From positions 4,736,001-4,800,000 of the forward strand of contig OZ244048.1 in NCBI GenBank assembly GCA_965215265.1: 64,000 bases of DNA. The letters are read 5' to 3'. The translations under genes were made by a program, and so were the position numbers. The stretch is from Candidatus Poribacteria bacterium. GTDB lineage: Bacteria; Poribacteria; WGA-4E; WGA-3G. Every line of letters begins with the position of its first letter. Within the stretch, counting starts at the first letter, position 1. Below, one piece after another: positions 19,099 to 29,483 of the stretch. The notes under the pieces were generated by a model. It ran no database searches. It was not told where the DNA came from and saw nothing but the letters and a program-made list of their open reading frames with translations.

Positions 19099-20880
19099 AT
19101 GAAAATAGAATTTTCTGCACGCACTCGAGCCGAGAATATAAAAAGATTACAGACAGAACCCCTGGATGTGCTAATCATCGGTGGTGGAATCGTTGGAGCA
19201 GGGGTTATCCGCGACCTTGCGCTAAACGGAGGCATCAAAGCCGGGTTAATTGAGCAATCCGATTTTGCAAGCGGCACAAGCAGTAACACCTCACAACTTG
19301 TGCATGGTGGGTTTCGTTATCTTTCCAAAGGCGATATTGCACTCGTTAAGGAGGCACGCCGCGAACGAGAAATACTTTCGCGCATTGCGCCGGTGCTTGT
19401 CAAACCGCTGCCTATTGCTATTCTCTGTTACGCCGGCGACCGGTATCCACTCATAGGCATACAGATAGCGGCAAGTTACTATAATTACCTATCTCAGGGA
19501 GATAGAGCCGAAAAATCTCAGATTATCCGCAATGTAATGGAAATTCAGCAGCGCATGGGTGCCATTGAAAAAACAGGCTTAAAGGGTGCCGTAATCATTT
19601 GGGATAGTACTGTAGATGATGCCAGGCTCTGCCTGCTAACCATCAAGGATGCCTACAAACATGGGGCAATAGTCACCAACTATGTCCGTTTCCTCAACTT
19701 TGTACAACAGACAAGTCTATCGAGTAGGGCGACGGCTGAGACGGCAGCTACGGTAAAGGTCGAGGATAGCATCACGGGTGAACAGTTTGAGATCCGCACA
19801 AAGCACATTGTGTCTGCGACAGGACCGTGGACAGATAAAATTTGGGAGAAGGAACCCGGTTATGACGGTGTGCCGAAATTGTCAACCCAAAAAGCGAAGG
19901 GCATCCATATCATCTTACCGCGTCTTCAAGCCAGTCATCACGGGATTGCAACTTTTACCCGGCCGGAGAAATCAACCCATGGAAAACCACGCATCATTTT
20001 TGTCTTACCTGCAGGCGAATTCAACGACCTAACGTTGATTGGTACCACCGAAACCCATCTGGAGGGTGCACCAGAATCTGTGCGTCCATCTATTGAAGAG
20101 GTGGAGTACCTACTCTCTGAAACGAGGCACATTTTCCCTAACGCCGCACTCAGCCGTTCCAACGTCCTTTCCGCTTATGCAGGTATCCGCCCGCTCATCG
20201 CCGCCACGAGCCAAACGCGAGGGAGCAGAGCAGTGAAACCCAACATATTCCGCCCCGACCGGCACATGTCGAATAGAAAGAGAAAAACAAGGGACAATTT
20301 TATCTCTCGGAAACACATTATCACTGAAAGCGACAGCGGTGTCATCTATATCTACGGTGGGAAACTGACCACCCATAGATTAATAGCCGAAGAAACAGTC
20401 AATAGGCTCGCCGAAAAACTCAGAGTAGCCCGCTACTGTAAAACCGCCACACAGCCGCTGCAAGATATGAGCCAGAAACCTAAAATAGATGGCGGAATCG
20501 CCGCCTTTAACGGCACCGTAGAAAAACTCATCCCGCATAATGCTGATAACACACGCCTCATTCAGCGATACGGTGCAGATGCAGAAGTCATACAACAGTG
20601 GATAACAGAAGAGAAAACACTCGCCGAACCGATTACAGAATCATTGCCGTTTTTGAAGGGAGAAGTGCTCTACGCTTTTTGGGGCGAAATGGCAATGAAC
20701 TTGGAGGATTTTCTTTGGCGGAGAACTAGAATTGGATGGACAGCAGGACAGGGAGTGGACTTAGCACCGAACATTGCTCGGTTGCTCTGTAAAAACTATA
20801 ACTGGGACGAGGCACGCGTAAATAGAGAAGTAGAAACATATTACCAACGTATCAATTGGTTAAACGCCAAAATCAAGTAG
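19099..20880 (+). CDS. glpD: FAD-dependent glycerol-3-phosphate dehydrogenase/oxidase
   Basis: DVLIIGGGIVGAG, DFASGTSSNTSQLVHGGFRYL, DDARL, AYAGIRPL, GGKLTTHR, DFLWRRTR. Confidence 0.88.
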   Translation: MKIEFSARTRAENIKRLQTEPLDVLIIGGGIVGAGVIRDLALNGGIKAGLIEQSDFASGTSSNTSQLVHGGFRYLSKGDIALVKEARREREILSRIAPVLVKPLPIAILCYAGDRYPLIGIQIAASYYNYLSQGDRAEKSQIIRNVMEIQQRMGAIEKTGLKGAVIIWDSTVDDARLCLLTIKDAYKHGAIVTNYVRFLNFVQQTSLSSRATAETAATVKVEDSITGEQFEIRTKHIVSATGPWTDKIWEKEPGYDGVPKLSTQKAKGIHIILPRLQASHHGIATFTRPEKSTHGKPRIIFVLPAGEFNDLTLIGTTETHLEGAPESVRPSIEEVEYLLSETRHIFPNAALSRSNVLSAYAGIRPLIAATSQTRGSRAVKPNIFRPDRHMSNRKRKTRDNFISRKHIITESDSGVIYIYGGKLTTHRLIAEETVNRLAEKLRVARYCKTATQPLQDMSQKPKIDGGIAAFNGTVEKLIPHNADNTRLIQRYGADAEVIQQWITEEKTLAEPITESLPFLKGEVLYAFWGEMAMNLEDFLWRRTRIGWTAGQGVDLAPNIARLLCKNYNWDEARVNREVETYYQRINWLNAKIK

Positions 20881-21015
20881 AAACGCTTGCAAAAATGGAT
20901 TTGACGGCATCGCGTGTACGAAAGTTCACGTCAAAACAGAGACTAAAAAGAGGAGGCAGTGCCGATTAGTTTTCCTGAGTTGGCGAATTAAACAACTCTG
21001 GAAATCGAATAAGCA

Positions 21016-22008
21016 ATGGAAGTTTATCGCTGGGAAACTCGTAAATTTGGGAAGCTGCAACCCCTCCGCTTTGGTGCAGAACGAGACTTCGAGGATCTGC
21101 TAGAGCAAGATGCAACACTCGTACTCGGTGAACGTATTTGTGTTATCAGCCGCCAGCCGCCGTTAAGCACCTCAAAGCAAAAAATCGATCTGCTCGCCTT
21201 GGATCGGCAAGGCAACTGTGTCATAATAGAACTGAAACGTGGGAGGCCCTCGCGTACCGCAATCGCGCAGATATTAGAATACGCAGCCGGTGTCTCACAA
21301 CTCGCTTTCATTGAATTGGAACAACTCGCTTATCGATGGGCACAGCAGCAGGGCAAAGAATTTACCTCTCTGACAACGTTGCACAGTGAATTCTTTGACT
21401 ATCCGATCGGCGATATCCCCAAATCCGCTTTCAACCAACGGCAACGATTGGTGCTAATTTCCGAAGGCGTTGATCCGAGAGTGCTTGAAGTTGCCGAATA
21501 CTTGCGCAGCCTCAACATTGACATCAGCTATATCTCATACTTTTCCTACCACGCCCCTGATGAAATTTTAGTTGCCACCGAAACCATTCTCGGGGGTTCT
21601 GTGCTCAAAGATGAGGAACGGAAGTACCGAGGAGCCGCTCGGCAGTTTATGACGTACGATCTTTTTATAGAGACGCTACAGACGAACGCCAACTTGCAGA
21701 AGATTGCCGAGGAATTCTTTATGTATATCAATTCATGCGGTGCGACAATACGACCGCGCATTGCGAAACTACGTATGACTATCGGCGGGCGTTGGTGGTT
21801 AGATACTTACCCATCAAAACGCGCAACGCATTTTCGGGTTGATGTACATGGAGACTTCACCCCGATTCATATTGTCGAGTGCAGAGCGAATCTGCCTAAC
21901 GTAACCGTTAAGAATTTTGGCATCTCTTTTAACATTGCATCCCAAGCTCATTTGCACTATGCAGTTGAAATTTTTGAGCGCATCCGAAATACCATCTTAG
22001 AAAACTAA
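21016..22008 (+). CDS. NucS/DUF91-like PD-(D/E)XK endonuclease domain protein
   Basis: ERDFEDLL, IDLLALDRQGNCVIIELKRG, AIAQILEYA. Confidence 0.75.
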   Translation: MEVYRWETRKFGKLQPLRFGAERDFEDLLEQDATLVLGERICVISRQPPLSTSKQKIDLLALDRQGNCVIIELKRGRPSRTAIAQILEYAAGVSQLAFIELEQLAYRWAQQQGKEFTSLTTLHSEFFDYPIGDIPKSAFNQRQRLVLISEGVDPRVLEVAEYLRSLNIDISYISYFSYHAPDEILVATETILGGSVLKDEERKYRGAARQFMTYDLFIETLQTNANLQKIAEEFFMYINSCGATIRPRIAKLRMTIGGRWWLDTYPSKRATHFRVDVHGDFTPIHIVECRANLPNVTVKNFGISFNIASQAHLHYAVEIFERIRNTILEN

Positions 22009-22055
22009 GTTCCATCAAGCATTCGTGCAATCTCACTGAATGTTGACTCAAAAAA

Positions 22056-23102
22056 ATGAATTGGATCCATTTTGCCTCTCCGGAATTCCTTTATTTTCTG
22101 TGGAGCGTGCCGCCATTACTGCTCGTTATCTGCTTCGGAACCTTGCAGAAACAGAAGGCGTACCTGCGGTTCTATTCGGATGTGAACCTTGTACGAACGC
22201 GACGACATAAAATTCAAGCGGCACTGCTGATAGCGAGTTATCTTTTCCTAACCATCGCTATCGCGCAACCACAGTTTGGCGAGAAACAGGTGTCAGTCCA
22301 ACAAAATTTGGACATCATGCTCGCCCTGGATATTTCAACCAGTATGCTCGCCGCAGATGTGAAACCTAACCGCTTGCTTCGTGCAAAACAGGCGATATTT
22401 TCTCTTCTTGAACGGTTACAAGGAAACCGCATCGGTTTACTCCTCTTCGCAGAATCCAATTTTGTAGTATGCCCTTTAACAACTGATACCACCACCCTAA
22501 AAGAATTCTTAACTGCTGTAACCCCAAACGCCCTCGTACACAGCGGCACCCGCATCGGCAATGCAATTGAGACAGCGACTGCTCATCTTAACAAGAAGCC
22601 AGATAATAATCAAATTGAAACCGGCCGCCCATTCTACGGAAAGGAAGGCAGCGGACATAAAGCAGTAATCTTGTGGACAGATGGGGAGGACCACGGTGAA
22701 ACCGGACTGGAAGCAGCAGAAACAGCAGCGAGGGCCGGGGTGCATATCTATTGCATCGCTATCGGTAATCCTGCACAGCCAGTCCCAATTCCGATTTCAG
22801 AGGCTGTCTTACAACAGAAAGAAAACGGCATAACTTATAAGCGCGATGCCAGCGGACAATTGGTACTAACAGAATTAAATGAGGAACTCTTGCGCAAACT
22901 CGCGAAACAAGGACGCGGAAATTATTATCATGAGACAGAAATTGAACCCCTTGTCAGAGACTTAGCACGACTGCAGAAACGCACAACTCAGGCCCGGGCA
23001 AATGGGCACTACGCAGACCGGTTTCAATTGTTTGCAGCAGCCGCCCTCATCCTGCTACTCTGTGAGATGTTGGTGCCGTACCAAAAAGAAAAACGCCACT
23101 AA
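22056..23102 (+). CDS. VWA domain protein (BatB-like)
   Basis: N-terminal BatA-like TM, ALDISTSMLAADVKPNRL (MIDAS), CPLTTD, TDGEDH. Confidence 0.88.
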   Translation: MNWIHFASPEFLYFLWSVPPLLLVICFGTLQKQKAYLRFYSDVNLVRTRRHKIQAALLIASYLFLTIAIAQPQFGEKQVSVQQNLDIMLALDISTSMLAADVKPNRLLRAKQAIFSLLERLQGNRIGLLLFAESNFVVCPLTTDTTTLKEFLTAVTPNALVHSGTRIGNAIETATAHLNKKPDNNQIETGRPFYGKEGSGHKAVILWTDGEDHGETGLEAAETAARAGVHIYCIAIGNPAQPVPIPISEAVLQQKENGITYKRDASGQLVLTELNEELLRKLAKQGRGNYYHETEIEPLVRDLARLQKRTTQARANGHYADRFQLFAAAALILLLCEMLVPYQKEKRH

Positions 23103-23228
23103 CACTAAAAGAGCATGAACTCTAATTTGACACGGTTTAACAAATTTATACGGTAATAGCGGGTTCATGGACTTTCAACAATTTTTCAACGGATTAACTT
23201 CTCAAACTTCAGTGTTATTAGATGATGT

Positions 23229-24224
23229 CTACGTTTTTTTAGCGACCAACCCTTCAGGCCGGAAACGCATTAACGCGACTAAAATCAGCCCAAAAATGAG
23301 GATGCGTGCACCACTAAATTGGTAGGGGATAATAGGCGGACGCAAGATCTCACCTAAGGTAGCCAAGATTGCCGCGCCTATCATAGAGCCTTTCATATTC
23401 CCCATTCCGCCAAGCACTACCATACAGAGAATGAAAATTGATTCCCAGAATTCAAACGCCCCAGCACTGATGTTAACCTGAAACTGGGCAAAGAACGCCC
23501 CACCCAGGGCACCGATTGCCGCGCTCACTGCAAACGCAAGCGACTTATAGCGCGCCAAATTAATACCCATGCTCTCTGCCGCTTGTTCATCCTCGCGGAT
23601 GGCAACCCATGCCCTGCCTACACGGGAATTATGTAACCGATACGTCACTAAAACCACCAGAAGGAGTAAGATAAGAATATGGTAGTAGTTATGCCAATTG
23701 TGTTTTAACTCGAAACCGAAAATCGTAGGGACTGGAATGTTATGGACAAACCCATTGGGACCGCCAATCAGCCAGATTTCATTTTTCACAATACGGAAAA
23801 GGAGCTCCGCAAAACCGAACGTGACAATCGCGAAATAATCACCGGTCAGCCGCAGCGTCGGAATACCACGCAAGAGCCCCCATAGAACGCCATTCAGCAC
23901 CGCAATCGGCAGAACCATCCAGTAACTTAAGCCGAGACGCACCATCAAAAGCCCAGCCGTATAGCCACCAACGAGGTAAAACCCAACATACCCCAGATCC
24001 AACAAACCAGTATATCCGCAGACAATATTTAACCCAATAGCCAGCAGCATATAGAGGTACGCCCTAATTATAATCCGGAGAAGGTAATCGCCACTCGGAA
24101 TAGGTAAATAGACCCCGCGATCTGTTAGAAGACGGATGACAGAATCCATCCCGTACATAAGTACCGGTAGAAAAGCAATGAGGAGACAAAGAATGAGATT
24201 TTTTACTGTTAATTTATCTCGCAT
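23229..24224 (-). CDS. livM: Branched-chain amino acid ABC permease
   Basis: GLNIVCGYTGLLDLGY, LRLTGDYFAIVT, GRAWVAIREDE, RFRPEGL. Confidence 0.92.
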   Translation of the reverse strand: MRDKLTVKNLILCLLIAFLPVLMYGMDSVIRLLTDRGVYLPIPSGDYLLRIIIRAYLYMLLAIGLNIVCGYTGLLDLGYVGFYLVGGYTAGLLMVRLGLSYWMVLPIAVLNGVLWGLLRGIPTLRLTGDYFAIVTFGFAELLFRIVKNEIWLIGGPNGFVHNIPVPTIFGFELKHNWHNYYHILILLLLVVLVTYRLHNSRVGRAWVAIREDEQAAESMGINLARYKSLAFAVSAAIGALGGAFFAQFQVNISAGAFEFWESIFILCMVVLGGMGNMKGSMIGAAILATLGEILRPPIIPYQFSGARILIFGLILVALMRFRPEGLVAKKT

Positions 24225-24240
24225 AATTCCTGACTATGGG

Positions 24241-25137
24241 CTAAGCACGGGTGCTCGTCGATTTTCCAAACAGCCCAGAAGGACGAATGAGAATCACTGC
24301 AATCATGATAATATAAGCAATTGCTAACCGGTAACCGGAGGCAATATAACCGGCACCTAGTACCTCTGCTATCCCTATTAAAAGCCCACCGAGCATTGCG
24401 CCCGTGATATTTCCAATGCCGCCAAGCACCGCCGCTGCAAATGCAGCCACCCCTTTATAATACCCCATCGTCGGTTCGATCGCCTCTCTTAGCCCTACCA
24501 TCACTCCTGCAACAGCTCCAAGTGCAGAACCGATGGCAAACGTTACAGCAATAACTTGGTTCGTTTTGATCCCCATCAAATTGGCAGCGACCGGGTTTTG
24601 CGCACACGCGCGCATCGCCTTCCCAATTTTGGTAAAATAAATCAGGAAGTTTAAGCCAGCCATTAAGGCAACAGCCAGCATAATGATGAAGAGGTCCCGG
24701 TAAGGTAACCCAGCCCCCCCGGGAAGTTGAATTGCATGTTCAGCTAAGAGGTAAGTTGGAAGTAATTCTTCCGGAAATGAACGCTGCCTCGCCCCCCAGA
24801 TAATCCGTGCGAGGTTTTGTAAAGCAAGAGACATCCCGATAGCAGTAATTAACGCCGATAACCGAGGTGCACCACGCAGCGGACGATAAGCAATCAGATC
24901 CAACAGCATACCCATCATTGCACAGAGCAGCATACTGACTGGTAAAGCAACCCAAAACGGGACGTTCAAAACCGTGATGAGGGCAAACGCGAAGTACGCA
25001 CCAAGCATGAAAATTTCACCGTGCGCGAAATTGATGAGCTGGATAATGCCGTAAACCATCGTGTAGCCTACTGCAATTAAGGCATAGATACCTCCAAGCA
25101 CAAGGCCGTTAATCAGTTGCTCTAAAAATTGTGCCAT
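24241..25137 (-). CDS. livH: Branched-chain amino acid ABC permease
   Basis: YALIAVGYTMVYGIIQLINFAHGE, AFAAAVLGGIG, RPSGLFG. Confidence 0.94.
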   Translation of the reverse strand: MAQFLEQLINGLVLGGIYALIAVGYTMVYGIIQLINFAHGEIFMLGAYFAFALITVLNVPFWVALPVSMLLCAMMGMLLDLIAYRPLRGAPRLSALITAIGMSLALQNLARIIWGARQRSFPEELLPTYLLAEHAIQLPGGAGLPYRDLFIIMLAVALMAGLNFLIYFTKIGKAMRACAQNPVAANLMGIKTNQVIAVTFAIGSALGAVAGVMVGLREAIEPTMGYYKGVAAFAAAVLGGIGNITGAMLGGLLIGIAEVLGAGYIASGYRLAIAYIIMIAVILIRPSGLFGKSTSTRA

Positions 25138-25170
25138 AGTTTATTTATCAATTCAAGCTACTACACAGAA

Positions 25171-26382
25171 TCAGTCTGTCTCAAGCATTTGCTGCGGTGC
25201 AGTGATAAATTCTCCATTCTGAACCACTTTGACGTACGCAGGTTTAATACAGTCGCCATTTTCATCAAAGTAGGTAAGACCGGTAATCCCCTTGTACCCT
25301 TTTTCAGGCGTATTCAATCCGGCTAAATAGTCACGAATCGCTTTGCGATTTTCCTGACTTGATGCTTTAGCATTATAGGTATTGGCAATTGCATCTGCAA
25401 TCATACCCACTGCATCATAAGTGAGAGCTGCCCAGGTATCAGGGGCTACACCGTAATCTTTTTCAAATGCGATGGCCACTTGCTGAGCACTTTCCCCACC
25501 AAAATCAAAAATAAAAGGGGTACTGACGTACGTGCCTTCTGCAGCTGTGCCTGCGATTGAGAGGAAATCCGGCGAATCTACACCATCTGCAGCGAAAAAC
25601 TGCGCTGTGATACCCGCCTCGCGTGCTTGTTTTACAATTAAACCCGCTTGACTATAGAGCCCCGAGATGAAAATCAGATCCGGATTTTTCGATTTGATGC
25701 TGGTGAGCTGTGCCTTAAAATCTGTATTTTCCCGGTCGTACGCTTCCTCACCTACAATGGTGAGACCGATTTCTTCGGCAGCGACGGTGAACCCATCACG
25801 AAGACCACGGCCGTAATCATCGTTATCAAAGAAAATTGCTACAGATTCAAATTCTGGCAACACCTTCTTAATATATTTGGCCACGAATTGACCTTGGAAA
25901 TCGTCACGGTACAAATTTCTAAAAGTCCACTCACTTCCTACACAGACATTCACATTCGTTGAACCTGGGGATAATTCTACAATACCATTACGTTTATAGA
26001 TAGGCTTACCTGCTAATGTGCATGAGCTGTTAAAGTGCCCCACCACGGCAAGGTATTGTGGATTTGTCGCGATACGTTCTGCGACAAGCCCTGCCTCAGT
26101 ATCTTTGCCTATATCATCTTCAAACGTAGCGGACAACTTCATCCCGTTGATTCCCCCTGCTTCATTGATTTCTTTTACTTTGAACTCAGCACCGCGTCTG
26201 ATCGTTTCACCAAAGGCAGCGGCATTTCCAGTGAACGGACCAGCAACAGCTATCTTCACCTGTTTTTCAGCAGGTTGGCACCCGAAAAATAACGTGGTGC
26301 CGGCTAACAAGAGAAGGACGACAAACCATCTTAGCGAGTAGCTGACAACCCTCCTCGAAAATATTGAGACACATACCTTCAT
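25171..26382 (-). CDS. livK: Branched-chain amino acid ABC substrate-binding lipoprotein
   Basis: Lipobox FFGC; AGPFTG, INEAGGING, VVGHFNSSCT, TDFKAQLT, GITGLTYFDENGD. Confidence 0.9.
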   Translation of the reverse strand: MKVCVSIFSRRVVSYSLRWFVVLLLLAGTTLFFGCQPAEKQVKIAVAGPFTGNAAAFGETIRRGAEFKVKEINEAGGINGMKLSATFEDDIGKDTEAGLVAERIATNPQYLAVVGHFNSSCTLAGKPIYKRNGIVELSPGSTNVNVCVGSEWTFRNLYRDDFQGQFVAKYIKKVLPEFESVAIFFDNDDYGRGLRDGFTVAAEEIGLTIVGEEAYDRENTDFKAQLTSIKSKNPDLIFISGLYSQAGLIVKQAREAGITAQFFAADGVDSPDFLSIAGTAAEGTYVSTPFIFDFGGESAQQVAIAFEKDYGVAPDTWAALTYDAVGMIADAIANTYNAKASSQENRKAIRDYLAGLNTPEKGYKGITGLTYFDENGDCIKPAYVKVVQNGEFITAPQQMLETD

Positions 26383-26409
26383 CTTTTTACTCCATTCTAT
26401 TCTATTATG

Positions 26410-26467
26410 TGAGTAGCGTGTTGTTTTGAGTTATGCCTTTTACACACCTCTAGTAACACGCTACTCA
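26410..26467. terminator. 13-bp inverted repeat downstream of the 26473-27285 gene
   Basis: TGAGTAGCGTGTT ... AACACGCTACTCA. Confidence 0.5.
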
Positions 26468-26472
26468 AATCT

Positions 26473-27285
26473 CTATTTTACATGAGAAATCTGTTTAAAA
26501 TCAAACTTAAATTCAAGTTTGTCCTGCTGACGATCTTCGCCAATTATCTGGAGCCCTGTCACGATAACCTGGACATCCGTTGCTTCATGCGTAAGCCGGT
26601 CGAAGATTAAAAGCCCACGCCGCTTCGCACCACGGAACAGTTTCCCGCCAGTGAAAATACTCTCTTCCATCACGGTGCGCCCGCCTTCCAGCGCGGCGTA
26701 ATCAACATAATTCTGGTAGTGCGGAAAATACCGATGCCGATAGTAGGGAGAGTACGAACGGGCGTAAGCCGGTGCAGCGAAAACGGTACCGTCTGAAACG
26801 TCTACCTCATCATAGAGGGACTCAAAGTACGCATAAGGCAGCGCGGCATACTGTGCACCGTTTACATCAATTAGCACAGCCCCCTCATCAGCGATAACCC
26901 GTGAGTTATCACGGTTGTGGACGGTGATTTCAAAAACTGTATAAAGCGGTTCAACAGCACCGCCTCTTCCAACAATGAGATAGGGGTTCAGTGCCGGGTC
27001 TTCTGTCAGTTCGAATAACTCTACTTCATTGAGAGGCTCAAGCGTCACAGCAACCCCTTTTTGTTCAACGGTCATCGCACCAATCTCGGAATCAATTTTC
27101 GTGCTTAACCGCCCCATAACAGGCTCTAAGGAAATTTCAACAGATGGTTGAGGGGCCACAGCACATCCGATGAACATAACGTTCACAAAAAAGAACGAGC
27201 TAACGCATAAGGTGTAGCACAAAACTCTTAAGCAGATAGAAAGAGAACGAACTGTTTGCCGGTGAGTAAAAATGGGATACGTCAT
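26473..27285 (-). CDS. Hypothetical lipoprotein
   Basis: GGAGGGG RBS, lipobox-like FIGC, Tyr-rich internal segment. Confidence 0.75.
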   Translation of the reverse strand: MTYPIFTHRQTVRSLSICLRVLCYTLCVSSFFFVNVMFIGCAVAPQPSVEISLEPVMGRLSTKIDSEIGAMTVEQKGVAVTLEPLNEVELFELTEDPALNPYLIVGRGGAVEPLYTVFEITVHNRDNSRVIADEGAVLIDVNGAQYAALPYAYFESLYDEVDVSDGTVFAAPAYARSYSPYYRHRYFPHYQNYVDYAALEGGRTVMEESIFTGGKLFRGAKRRGLLIFDRLTHEATDVQVIVTGLQIIGEDRQQDKLEFKFDFKQISHVK

Positions 27286-27423
27286 GAGATTACCCCCTCC
27301 TTTTCAATAGTTTATTAAATTCTGGCCATGATATCTCTAACGAAATCAATAGGTGGTTCGTTCACCGGATAGCCATGTTTGATCAGCTGCAAAAAACATT
27401 TTAACACAATCCAATAGCGTGGT

Positions 27424-28650
27424 TCAACCTCTTTTTTCGAATTCCTGATATTGTCTCGTTAAATTTGAGACAATCCCTGTCCAAATTGCTGCCATTACCA
27501 TCGCAGAAATAGAGAACGCAGCCCCAGGAATTACCTTCACACCAAGCCGTACAAGTTCAATGGTACCGGCGCTGCCCCCCTTTCCGAAACGGTAACAGAA
27601 GGAGTCAATAATCTGTTTAGCGCGATACCGCTCGTCATACGATAGCGGCATATAGAACAATTCCTTTGCTGCACGAAAAAGCGAGTAGTCCAAAGTTTTA
27701 AACAGTAGATACGCCGCTGCACCAGTACGCATGGACGGGAAAACCGTAAGGAACAGCCCGCTAAGCAAATTCACTATCGGAATCGCACTATGGATAACGC
27801 GGATGCTGACAAACTGCAGTGCAAGCGGGACAAAGACTAATTGTAAAAAGGCAGCACTCGCACCAAGGGTTGCGTAAAAATTACCATAAAACGCAGTTCT
27901 ATCGTCCTTAATCGGATATTCAAGTCCAGCAAGTCCGTTAAACCGCAGATCTAGGACAGTGGAGACAAATTGTGTGATTAAGATGAGCACTGCGATGAAA
28001 ACCAAATATTTAGAACTGAAAAGTGTTTTTACACCCAAATGCCCGCGCTTCCCACCGACTTCTGCCACACTCGGTTTCGGTTCGCCTCCGAATTTGTAAG
28101 CGAGGGCACTTAGAATTGTTGTCGGAATCAACGAACCCACTGTAAATAAGAGTAAGGTTTCGGAGCCGAGCTGCACTGCCCACTGCCCTACAAGCAGGCC
28201 ACCTACAATCGAGCCGCCCGACGCAATCGCACAGAAGGGACCATTAATCCGCTTCGCTTGTGCCGGTGTCAATGTACTATTGACAAAAGACCAGTACTGC
28301 TCAATAACGATTACAATGTACGCTTCCCGAAAGACATAGATAATAGCCGCAGCAAAATGCACACCGTGGGACAGGGCAACGTAACAGCCGAAAATTAAGA
28401 CACCAGACAGCAACGACGTAATGATTAAGGTCCGTGTCGCGCCGAACCACGAAAGTAAACGTCCATAGCCGTAGAGCAGAAGCATCAGACTAGGGGGAAT
28501 CGCGATCATCGCGCGGGTTAGGTTCTCCGCACCGTAACTCTCAATAAATAAGGAGGTAGAAACCGCGCGGATAAATTCGTAGCCGCAGAGTAGAAAACTC
28601 GCTGCTGTGGCGATGCAAATTGCAGTCAAAAGCAGACGGCGTGGAAGCAT
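27424..28650 (-). CDS. Npt1/Npt2 (TLC/NTT-like) MFS nucleotide transporter homolog
   Basis: About 12 TM; GYEFIRAVSTSLF, QYWSFVN, DYSLFRAAKELFYMPLSYDERYRAKQIIDSFCYRFGKGG. Confidence 0.75.
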   Translation of the reverse strand: MLPRRLLLTAICIATAASFLLCGYEFIRAVSTSLFIESYGAENLTRAMIAIPPSLMLLLYGYGRLLSWFGATRTLIITSLLSGVLIFGCYVALSHGVHFAAAIIYVFREAYIVIVIEQYWSFVNSTLTPAQAKRINGPFCAIASGGSIVGGLLVGQWAVQLGSETLLLFTVGSLIPTTILSALAYKFGGEPKPSVAEVGGKRGHLGVKTLFSSKYLVFIAVLILITQFVSTVLDLRFNGLAGLEYPIKDDRTAFYGNFYATLGASAAFLQLVFVPLALQFVSIRVIHSAIPIVNLLSGLFLTVFPSMRTGAAAYLLFKTLDYSLFRAAKELFYMPLSYDERYRAKQIIDSFCYRFGKGGSAGTIELVRLGVKVIPGAAFSISAMVMAAIWTGIVSNLTRQYQEFEKRG

Positions 28651-28652
28651 TT

Positions 28653-29483
28653 TTACCGTCTCTCTGGTATTATGTCTTCAGTTGGCCTTGGCGCGTGCAG
28701 CCAATGCCCACTCGCATCGCTGCCTCTTGCGATAATAGCACGTTTGTTCCAACTGTTCGCTGCTCGCACATCCGGTGGGACGAACCGCATTGTTAAACCA
28801 CATCGCCGCCGGTTAGAAGTGTTCGGTTCAGAACCATGCAACAATAAATCCGAATGCAAAGAAATCTGTCCCGCTTTCATCTCAAATGGGAAAGGCACAT
28901 CACCGTATTTCTCCGGATGCAGGACCGTCTGGCCCAATACATTCTTTTCTTCAGCGGTGCTACGTTCAAATGCAATTTGGCCATGCAAATGCGAGCGAGG
29001 AATCACTGTCATGGCACCATTTTCAACGGATGCATCGTCAATCGCAAGCCAAACCGTCACCGTTTTACTCGGCGACAGCGGCCAGTAGGACGCATCTTGA
29101 TGCCAACTCACTTGTTGTTGTTCGCCAGGCAGCTTGCAAAAGTAGTGCGTTGCCCAACAGATAAGCGTTTCGCCCAGCAAATCTTGAACGTAATCCAAAA
29201 TCCGTCCTTCATTAATCAGGTCGTATATCCCGGTACAGTGTGTCTGCCAGCCGTTAATAGAGTAACTGTTCCATCCCAAAGCCATTGCTTTTTCCATCAG
29301 CCCATCAAAATAGGCACGGTGTTCGGCAATTTCGGGTTCCGAAAAAACACCTAACGGACAGATAAAACCTTTCTCGTTGAAGTGTTGGATTTGAGGACGT
29401 GTTAACGTTGACGGATTCGCGTTCTCAACACGAAAAAATTGAAGTGTCCGATTAAGTTCCGGCATTGCATCGGTTATTGCCAT
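28653..29483 (-). CDS. PhyH-family Fe/2OG dioxygenase
   Basis: VSWHQDASYW, TVWLAIDDA..ENGAM, LLHGSEPN.S.RRRCG. Confidence 0.9.
   Translation of the reverse strand: MAITDAMPELNRTLQFFRVENANPSTLTRPQIQHFNEKGFICPLGVFSEPEIAEHRAYFDGLMEKAMALGWNSYSINGWQTHCTGIYDLINEGRILDYVQDLLGETLICWATHYFCKLPGEQQQVSWHQDASYWPLSPSKTVTVWLAIDDASVENGAMTVIPRSHLHGQIAFERSTAEEKNVLGQTVLHPEKYGDVPFPFEMKAGQISLHSDLLLHGSEPNTSNRRRCGLTMRFVPPDVRAANSWNKRAIIARGSDASGHWLHAPRPTEDIIPERR

Noticed and set aside
28653-29483. Possible Fe/2OG halogenase
   Set aside because: Has the HQD (HxD) facial triad of hydroxylases, not HxA/HxG
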